DNA of 64,000 nt from Faecousia sp. (GTDB lineage Bacteria > Bacillota > Clostridia > Oscillospirales > Oscillospiraceae). The DNA lies in contig JBGVON010000052.1 in the NCBI GenBank assembly GCA_045126495.1, positions 4,516 through 68,515 on the forward strand. The letters run 5' to 3'. The translations under genes and the position numbers were made by a program. Position 1 is the stretch's first letter. Each line of letters starts with the position of its first letter. The notes beneath the pieces were generated by a model. That model did not search any database, was not told where the DNA came from, and saw only the letters and a list, made by a program, of their open reading frames with translations. Shown one piece after another: positions 9,856-16,355 of the stretch.

Positions 9856-10783
9856 AAACAGAAGACCCCCTGCCGGAAGACCCACCCAGCGGAAAAAATC
9901 CCCCCAGGGCCGTCCCTCCCGGGAGCCGGAACTGCAAATTCAATATACCCCGGCAAAACCCTTTAACCGCAACCGTTTTCTGCTCCATTTGGCGACGGTT
10001 GCCGCGGTGGTTCTGGCGGTGCTTTTGGGTATGTCCATCTTTTTTAAGACCGGACAGGTGAATGTTTCCGGCGCGGAAAAATACACACCATGGGAAATCA
10101 AACAGGCAGCGGGGATTCAAGACGGTGATGCCCTTTTGACGTTGAGCGAAGCGAAGATCAGCGCCAGAATCCGCACGAAACTTCCTTATGTGGGGGATGT
10201 GCGGGTAGGAATAAAATTGCCGGATACGGTTAATATTGAGATTGTAGAGTTGGAAGTGGTTTATGCCGTGGAGGATAACCGCTCCGGCTGGTGGCTTATG
10301 GACGGAAACGGACGTGTTGTGGACAGTACCGATGCCATCAATGCCATGAACCATGCCCGGATTCAGGGCGTGCGGATTCAGGATGCACAGATCGGTCAGC
10401 AGGCGGTTGCAGCAGAGCCGGAAATTGCGCCGGATACCCAGACGGAAACTGGCGTTACTGTCGCCACGCTGCCGCCGATCCCTGCCTCTCAGCTTTTGAA
10501 TACAGCTGTTCAGGTGCTGCAAGCGCTGGAAAGCAACGGTGTCATGGGTACGGTGGACACTTTGGATGTGTCGGATCCGGAAAATCTTCTTTTGTGGTAT
10601 GAAGACCGGTATCAGGTTGCTTTGGGAAATGCCACCCGTTTGGATTATAAAGCAGGCGCTATGAAGGCGGCGATCCAAAAAATGGGCGAGTACCAGACCG
10701 GTTATCTGGATGTGAGCTTTACCATTTGGCCCGATGAGGTGGGTTACAGACCCTTCGATGGTGATTCCAGTGCAAAAAAATGA
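9839..10783 (+). CDS. ftsQ: Cell division protein FtsQ/DivIB
   Basis: Basic tail, single TM, POTRA-like region (VNVSG..KYT, LPYV..VRV..KLPDTVNI). Lies between murG and ftsZ. Confidence 0.85.
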   Translation: MQIKDRNRRPPAGRPTQRKKSPQGRPSREPELQIQYTPAKPFNRNRFLLHLATVAAVVLAVLLGMSIFFKTGQVNVSGAEKYTPWEIKQAAGIQDGDALLTLSEAKISARIRTKLPYVGDVRVGIKLPDTVNIEIVELEVVYAVEDNRSGWWLMDGNGRVVDSTDAINAMNHARIQGVRIQDAQIGQQAVAAEPEIAPDTQTETGVTVATLPPIPASQLLNTAVQVLQALESNGVMGTVDTLDVSDPENLLLWYEDRYQVALGNATRLDYKAGAMKAAIQKMGEYQTGYLDVSFTIWPDEVGYRPFDGDSSAKK

Positions 10784-10813
10784 AAATCTTTGACGAAAAA
10801 ATGATAATTTCTA

Positions 10814-10842
10814 TTGACCAAATCCAACTTATGCGGTAGAAT
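10814..10842 (+). promoter_or_regulatory. SigA-type promoter of ftsZ
   Basis: TTGACC-17 bp-TAGAAT. Confidence 0.65.
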
Positions 10843-10913
10843 ATATAAGTAATATTGTAGTTATAGCAGATAGAGGGTTATTCTGCGAAACCATACATAG
10901 GAGGATTAGCAAC

Positions 10914-11954
10914 ATGGCAGAAACGTTTCAGGAACGCGTCGTTAAGATCAAAGTAATCGGTGTGGGCGGTGCAGGTAACAATGTTATCAACCGCATGATC
11001 GAAGCAGGTGTGTCCGGTGTTGACTTTGTGGTTATCAATACCGACAAACAGGATCTGAATAAGTCCAATTGTAAGAATAAGGTCCAGATCGGTGAAAAGC
11101 TCACCGGCGGCATGGGCGCAGGCAGCAAGCCGGAGATCGGTCAGAAATCCGCAGAGGAAAGCCGCGCGCAAATTGCTAAGATTCTGGAAAATACCGATAT
11201 GGTATTCATCACCGCCGGTATGGGCGGTGGCACCGGCACCGGCGCAGCCCCCATCGTGGCTGACCTTGCCCGTGAGGCTGGTTGCCTGACCGTTGGTATC
11301 GTTACCAAGCCCTTTAAGTTTGAAGGCGCAAACCGTATGCGTCAGGCAGAGGCCGGTATTGCTGCGCTGCACGAGAAGGTAGACTCCCTGGTGATCATCC
11401 CCAATGATCGCTTGAAGTACGTTACCGATCAGAAGATCACCTTTGCCAACGCATTCGGCATTGCTGACGATGTGTTGAAGCAGGCAGTTACCTCCATCTC
11501 CGAACTGGTTGGTTATTCTGATCGCGTGATCATCAACCTGGACTTTGCTGACGTTTCTGCAATTATGAAGGAAGCTGGCCGCGCGCATATGGGCGTGGGC
11601 GTTGCTTCCGGTCGCGAGAAGGCTGAGCAGGCTGCCTTGGCAGCTGTGGCAAGCCCCCTGCTGGAAACTTCTATTAACGGCGCCACCGGCGTTTTGGTGA
11701 ACGTCACCGGCTCTGCCGATCTGACTTTGGATGATGTGGAGACTGCTGCGGGCATTGTGCAGGAAGCTGCCAACCCCGACGCAAACATTATCTTCGGCGC
11801 TACCGCTTCCGATGAGTTTGAGGATGAGATGCGTGTCACCGTTATTGCTACCGGTTTTGATCACAAGGAAATTGCAGAGGAAACCGGAAGCACTGTCAAG
11901 AAGTCCGGCATTGCGGACGATGATGACGATATTTTCAGCCTGTTCAACCGCTGA
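10914..11954 (+). CDS. ftsZ: Cell division GTPase FtsZ
   Basis: GVGGAGNN, AGMGGGTGTG, PFKFEG, NLDFADV, VTVIATGF. Confidence 0.98.
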   Translation: MAETFQERVVKIKVIGVGGAGNNVINRMIEAGVSGVDFVVINTDKQDLNKSNCKNKVQIGEKLTGGMGAGSKPEIGQKSAEESRAQIAKILENTDMVFITAGMGGGTGTGAAPIVADLAREAGCLTVGIVTKPFKFEGANRMRQAEAGIAALHEKVDSLVIIPNDRLKYVTDQKITFANAFGIADDVLKQAVTSISELVGYSDRVIINLDFADVSAIMKEAGRAHMGVGVASGREKAEQAALAAVASPLLETSINGATGVLVNVTGSADLTLDDVETAAGIVQEAANPDANIIFGATASDEFEDEMRVTVIATGFDHKEIAEETGSTVKKSGIADDDDDIFSLFNR

Positions 11955-11968
11955 TAAAGACGTTTATG

Positions 11969-12000
11969 GCATCCCGGACGGTTGTCCGGGATGCTTTTTT
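11969..12000 (+). terminator. Intrinsic terminator after ftsZ
   Basis: GCATCCCGGAC-GGTT-GTCCGGGATGC followed by a T tract. Confidence 0.85.
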
Positions 12001-12026
12001 GAGCAATACTTTGATTAGGGGATAAT

Positions 12027-12578
12027 ATGGCAGAGGATAAGAAAATACACCTGCATATCGGTATGCGAAAAATCAAAAGCCTGCTGGCGATCCTGATCGG
12101 GTTTTTTATCTGGCAGGGGATCCGCCTGTTCTTTCCGGATCTGGAAGTGCATCCGTTGTTTATCTATATCTACGGCTTTTTGGAAGTTCGTGACACTTCC
12201 GAGAAAACCAAGACCTTTGGCATGCAGCGGATCAAAGCAACTGCTGTGGCGATCCTCATTGGCTTGCCCCTGTTGCCCATACGGATATGGATGCATTCCG
12301 GGTTAGAGCATGAAATGCTGCTGACATTTTTGGACCTTTTGATGATCCTTTTGGGCTCCCTTGCTGCGCTGCAATTGGCAGAAAAATTCCGCTGCGGCGC
12401 TATGACGGGTCTTGCTGCGGTGATCTATATTATCTTACTGCTGTATCACGCTGACGATACCCGCTACCTTTATGCGGTGCTTCGGGCATCCCAGACAGTG
12501 ATCGGCGTTTTTGTGGCGTGGTTTGTGAATGTACTGCTGTTCCCTTATCCTGAAAAAAATACGAAAAATAAAGAGTAA
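12027..12578 (+). CDS. FUSC/aromatic-acid-exporter-like membrane protein
   Basis: HIGMRKIKS N-terminal motif, several TM helices, C-terminal R..QTVIG..VA..VN.LLFP. Confidence 0.6.
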   Translation: MAEDKKIHLHIGMRKIKSLLAILIGFFIWQGIRLFFPDLEVHPLFIYIYGFLEVRDTSEKTKTFGMQRIKATAVAILIGLPLLPIRIWMHSGLEHEMLLTFLDLLMILLGSLAALQLAEKFRCGAMTGLAAVIYIILLLYHADDTRYLYAVLRASQTVIGVFVAWFVNVLLFPYPEKNTKNKE

Positions 12579-12585
12579 ATAGATT

Positions 12586-13335
12586 ATGAATGCTTATAAT
12601 GCGTTGGCTGCCAGTTACGACCGGCTGACCAATGATGTGGATTATGATGCCATTGTGGCGTTTTACCGAACCATATTGGATCGTGAAGGTCTGACACCCC
12701 GGACTGCGGTGGACCTTGCCTGCGGCACAGGTTCTGTGGCTTTGCGGCTTGCAGCGCAGGGTTTGCAGGTAACGGGTGTGGATATGTCACCGGAGATGCT
12801 GTGTATGGCTGAACAGAAGACTGGGTGCATGAAAAATCGCCCGACATTTGCTTGCCAGAAGCTCCAAAAGCTGCACCTGCCCAAGGGCGTGGATCTGGCG
12901 GTATGCGCTCTGGATGGGTTGGACTATATTACAGAACCGGAGGATTGCCGCCTTGCCATCGCAAGGGTCTATAAGGCGCTTAACCCCGGTGGCTGCTTTA
13001 TCTTCGATGTCAACACACCGGAAAAACTGCGGGCCATGGATGGTGAGATGTTTCTGGATGAGGATGACGATGTGTACTGTGTGTGGCGCGGCGAGTTTGA
13101 TGAACAAACCAATATCTGTACCTATTGGATGGACTTGTTCCAGCGCCAGGGAAGCCTTTGGCAGAGAAGCTATGAGGAACACAAAGAATACGCCTACTCC
13201 CGGCAACAGCTGACGGAATACTTAAAGGCAGCAGGCTTCACTTCTATTGAAGTTTTCGGCGATGGTCAGATCCGCGCTCCGCAACCGGGAGAGCAGCGGA
13301 TCTATTTCAAAGCGAGAAAGGGTAAAATCAAATGA
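12586..13335 (+). CDS. Class I SAM-dependent methyltransferase
   Basis: VDLACGTG, GVDMSPEML, ALNPGGCFIFD. Confidence 0.9.
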   Translation: MNAYNALAASYDRLTNDVDYDAIVAFYRTILDREGLTPRTAVDLACGTGSVALRLAAQGLQVTGVDMSPEMLCMAEQKTGCMKNRPTFACQKLQKLHLPKGVDLAVCALDGLDYITEPEDCRLAIARVYKALNPGGCFIFDVNTPEKLRAMDGEMFLDEDDDVYCVWRGEFDEQTNICTYWMDLFQRQGSLWQRSYEEHKEYAYSRQQLTEYLKAAGFTSIEVFGDGQIRAPQPGEQRIYFKARKGKIK

Positions 13336-14219
13336 ATGACTATTTAGTACGGGGCATGAGTATGGATGGCTTTGTGAAGGTAGTTGCCATTCGCTCTACC
13401 CAGTTGGTGCGCCGGGGCGCACAGATTCATAAAACCACCCCCAATGCCACCGCAGCCTTCGGTCGGGCATTGACAGCGGCGTCCATGATGGGCAATATGC
13501 AGAAGGTGGAAAACGGTTCTATGACCTTGCAAATCAAGGGCGATGGACCTATTTGCTCTATTGTGTGTGTCTCTGATCCTGTGGGCAATGTCCGGGGTTA
13601 TGTCTATGAACCCCGGGTGCCTTTTGTGGAGAAGTACCCCGGCAAGTTGGACGTGGGCGCTACCGTGGGCACCGATGGTATGCTGACGGTGATTCGTGAC
13701 TTGCAGATGAAAGAGCCTTATGTTGGCTCTGTGCCGTTGGTTTCCGGTGAAATCGGCGATGATATCACAGCGTACTTTGTCCAGTCTGAGCAGATCCCCA
13801 CGGCCTGCGCCTTGGGTGTGCTGGTGGACCGGGACCAAAGTGTTAAGGTTGCCGGTGGCTATCTGATCCAGCTTTTGCCCGGCGCTCCGGACGAGACCAT
13901 TGACATTGTGGAAGCAGGCATCAAGCGCGCCGGCGCAGTTACGGCAATGCTGGATGCCGGTATGACCCCGGAAGATATTTTGGGACAAGTCTGCGGCGAT
14001 TTGGGCGTGGTGTTTATGGAGACCACACCGGTGGAGTATAAGTGCTACTGCACCCGCGCCCGGGTGACGGACGCGCTGATCAGCGTTGGCAAAAAGGAAC
14101 TGACGGAGATCGCCGGCGAAGGGAAGAACTTCCCGGTGGAATGCCAGTTCTGTGATGAAAAATACTTGTTTACCCCGGAGGATATCCGGAAAATACTAAC
14201 AGATATTGAGGAGGCTTGA
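13332..14219 (+). CDS. hslO: Hsp33 redox-regulated chaperone
   Basis: AFGRALT, SGEIGDD..YF.QSEQIPT, and zinc centre CYC...CQFC. Confidence 0.95.
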   Translation: MNDYLVRGMSMDGFVKVVAIRSTQLVRRGAQIHKTTPNATAAFGRALTAASMMGNMQKVENGSMTLQIKGDGPICSIVCVSDPVGNVRGYVYEPRVPFVEKYPGKLDVGATVGTDGMLTVIRDLQMKEPYVGSVPLVSGEIGDDITAYFVQSEQIPTACALGVLVDRDQSVKVAGGYLIQLLPGAPDETIDIVEAGIKRAGAVTAMLDAGMTPEDILGQVCGDLGVVFMETTPVEYKCYCTRARVTDALISVGKKELTEIAGEGKNFPVECQFCDEKYLFTPEDIRKILTDIEEA

Positions 14220-14221
14220 CT

Positions 14222-15220
14222 ATGGGCTTTGTCAGCTTTGCTTTACAGGGCAATTATAAGCGCTTTTATGGCGATCTGAAAGAACTGTCGAAAAAGGTGG
14301 GCAAGCCTGCATGGTTTATGTTTTTGGATACCGCCGTCTGTGCGTTGCGGTACGGCTCCGGTTTGCAGGATTATCTGAATTTTGGGTTTTATGAAAAAAA
14401 GCATGCCCAACGAAAGAACTATGTGAGCGTGAGCTATCTGGATAAGACCATCACCCGCCTGTCCAATATCAAGTGGTCACCTTATATCTCCAATAAGACC
14501 AATTTTCACAAGAATTACGGCCAGTACACCCGCCGGGATTTCTTTGATCCTGATGGAGGATACGAGGCATTTGAAGGATTTTTGAGCCGTAACCCCGTGT
14601 TTATTTATAAGCCGCAGATCGGTCAATGCGGTGATGGCGTTGCCAAAATCGTTACGGCTGAGATTTCGGACAAAAAGGCTTTTTATAATGAAGCCATAGA
14701 GAAGAAGGCGTGCTTGGAAGAATTGGTAGTGCAACACCCGGACTGGGAGGCGCTGTGCCCCGGTTGCGTGAACACCATGCGGATTATCACCGGCGCGGCA
14801 AAGGGTCAGTCCTGGCTGCTGTTCGCTGCTACAAGAGTCGGTTCCGGTAAGGGTGTGGCGGATAATTTCCACATGGGCGGCAGCGCGGTGCTGATCGATA
14901 TGGAGACGGGTAAGCTTACCGGTAACGGTATCGATAAGAAGCTTAATGAGCATACTCACAGCGCCACCGGCATTCTTTATGACGGCTATCAGGTTCCTTA
15001 TTGGGAGGAAATCAAGGCGTTGTGTCTGGAAGCGGCGCTGGTGAATGACCAGATCCATTTTGTGGGCTGGGATGTGGCGGTGACCCCTGATGGTCCTTTG
15101 CTCATCGAGGGTAACCGTGGTTCCGGCTTTGACCTGCCCCAGGTGCTGGCAAAGCGCGGTTTGAAGGATATGCTGGAAGAGCTGACCGAAAAAGTAGAGG
15201 CTCTGGAAAAGGAAAATTAA
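14222..15220 (+). CDS. Sugar-transfer-associated ATP-grasp domain protein
   Basis: NKTNF, YKP..G.CG.GV, LEE..VQHP, NTMRI, DNFH.GG, GWDVAVTPDGP.LIEGN. GAGGAGG RBS favours ATG 14222. Confidence 0.72.
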   Translation: MGFVSFALQGNYKRFYGDLKELSKKVGKPAWFMFLDTAVCALRYGSGLQDYLNFGFYEKKHAQRKNYVSVSYLDKTITRLSNIKWSPYISNKTNFHKNYGQYTRRDFFDPDGGYEAFEGFLSRNPVFIYKPQIGQCGDGVAKIVTAEISDKKAFYNEAIEKKACLEELVVQHPDWEALCPGCVNTMRIITGAAKGQSWLLFAATRVGSGKGVADNFHMGGSAVLIDMETGKLTGNGIDKKLNEHTHSATGILYDGYQVPYWEEIKALCLEAALVNDQIHFVGWDVAVTPDGPLLIEGNRGSGFDLPQVLAKRGLKDMLEELTEKVEALEKEN

Positions 15221-15225
15221 ATTAG

Positions 15226-15260
15226 ATTCTGCCGTCCGGAAACGTCCCGGACGGCAGAAT
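15226..15260. terminator. Hairpin after the hslO operon
   Basis: ATTCTGCCGTCCGG-AACGTC-CCGGACGGCAGAAT, a perfect 14-bp inverted repeat (end coordinates approximate). Confidence 0.7.
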
Positions 15261-15313
15261 TACACACCCATTAAAATTCCCAAAAAATCCAAAGAAAAAA
15301 ACGAAAAAAGTGC

Positions 15314-15342
15314 TTGACAAAACTGGGTTCAATGTGTATAAT
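15314..15342 (+). promoter_or_regulatory. Consensus SigA promoter of the tRNA operon
   Basis: TTGACA-17 bp-TATAAT with upstream A tracts (UP-element-like). Confidence 0.9.
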
Positions 15343-15383
15343 GAACCACGTCGCTGAGGTGCGTAGCACGGCAGCAAACGTAC

Positions 15384-15459
15384 GGGAGCATAGCTCAGCT
15401 GGGAGAGCATCTGCCTTACAAGCAGGAGGTCACAGGTTCGAGCCCTGTTGTTCCCACCA
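15384..15459 (+). tRNA. tRNA-Val(TAC)
   Basis: 76-nt cloverleaf, anticodon loop CTTACAA, T-loop TTCGAGC, encoded CCA. Confidence 0.97.
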
Positions 15460-15464
15460 TATTT

Positions 15465-15541
15465 GGCCCGGTGGTGCAGTCGGTTAGCACGCCAGCCTGT
15501 CACGCTGGAGGTCGACGGTTCGAGTCCGTTCCGGGTCGCCA
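15465..15541 (+). tRNA. tRNA-Asp(GTC)
   Basis: 77-nt cloverleaf, anticodon loop CTGTCAC, G73, encoded CCA. Confidence 0.97.
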
Positions 15542-15578
15542 CATAACTTTGAGCAGAGCACTTGCTCTGCTCATATAT

Positions 15579-15654
15579 GCCTCTGTAGCTCAGTTGGTAG
15601 AGCAGTGGACTGAAAATCCACGTGTCGTTGGTTCGATTCCGACCGGAGGCACCA
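15579..15654 (+). tRNA. tRNA-Phe(GAA)
   Basis: 76-nt cloverleaf, anticodon loop CTGAAAA, encoded CCA. Confidence 0.97.
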
Positions 15655-15768
15655 CATAATTCTTGGTTCCTGAATTGGAATCGAAAGGCGGCTCTTGGCA
15701 ATATGCCGGTGGCATATTGCAACCGCCGTGGCTTTTCCGCAGAAAAGCGATTCCGACCGGAGGCACCA
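15655..15768 (+). repeat. tRNA-Phe-linked mirror element (114-bp period)
   Basis: 15748-15768 is an exact copy of tRNA 15634-15654 (C56 to CCA). 15664-15685 is a decayed antisense copy of the tRNA 3' end. Internal hairpins at 15698-15720 and 15732-15747. Confidence 0.88.
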
Positions 15769-15807
15769 CTTTTCTAAGCATAGGTCCTTGTGTACAGGGG
15801 CCAATAT

Positions 15808-15883
15808 GCGGGTGTAGCTCATCTGGTAGAGCGCCACCTTGCCAAGGTGGAGGTAGCGAGTTCGAGCCTCGTCACCCGCTCCA
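15808..15883 (+). tRNA. tRNA-Gly(GCC)
   Basis: 76-nt cloverleaf, anticodon loop TTGCCAA, U73, encoded CCA. Confidence 0.97.
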
Positions 15884-16021
15884 ATTATTTAACCCGAGCC
15901 AATGGGCTCGAAAGATATGATCCAATAGTCCTGTGGACTGTTGATCGCGACGGCTTGACGGAGCGATTCCGTAATTTTGCGTTAGCAAAAAGCAAACGAG
16001 CCTCGTCACCCGCTCCAATTA
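15884..16021 (+). repeat. tRNA-Gly-linked mirror element (134-bp period)
   Basis: 15997-16021 is an exact 25-nt copy of 15863-15887 (C56 to CCA plus ATTA). Antisense GGCTCGAA at 15905-15912. Hairpins at 15923-15943, 15946-15965, 15975-15990. Confidence 0.88.
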
Positions 16022-16060
16022 AATAGGATAGGAACGCTTAGCGTTCCTGTTTTCATAAAT

Positions 16061-16135
16061 GGTACCGTGGCCAAGCGGTAAGGCAAGAGTCTGCAAAACT
16101 CTCATTCCCCAGTTCAAATCTGGGCGGTACCTCCA
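16061..16135 (+). tRNA. tRNA-Cys(GCA)
   Basis: 75-nt cloverleaf, anticodon loop CTGCAAA, U73, encoded CCA. Confidence 0.97.
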
Positions 16136-16172
16136 AAAATAACGGATACCCATTTGGGTGTCCGTTATTTTT
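16136..16172. terminator. Bidirectional terminator after tRNA-Cys
   Basis: AAAATAACGGATACCC-ATTT-GGGTGTCCGTTATTTT, with A and T tracts on both sides. Confidence 0.8.
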
Positions 16173-16298
16173 ATGTATGTCCAGATTTGAATAATGTAAA
16201 TGCAACGCGGACGAGCGTTGCCCGCACCGGCTGGACGGTGCGGAACCTTAATTTTTGCCTTTGGCAAAAATGCAAACAAATCTGGGCGGTACCTACCA
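16136..16298 (+). repeat. tRNA-Cys-linked mirror element (162-bp period)
   Basis: 16277-16294 is an exact copy of 16115-16132, followed by ACCA. Antisense ...CCAGATTTGAA at 16172-16191. Hairpins at 16202-16221, 16222-16243, 16252-16270. Confidence 0.88.
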
Positions 16299-16355
16299 AA
16301 ATCTCGCATGTGTTAGTGAATCACAACTTATTGGGAGAAACGTGCAGAGCTTTTT

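Noticed and set aside
15748-16298. tRNA 3' duplicates as extra tRNA genes or as a CRISPR-like array
   Set aside because: Each has only nt 56-76 with no D-arm or anticodon arm, and the repeats differ from one another.
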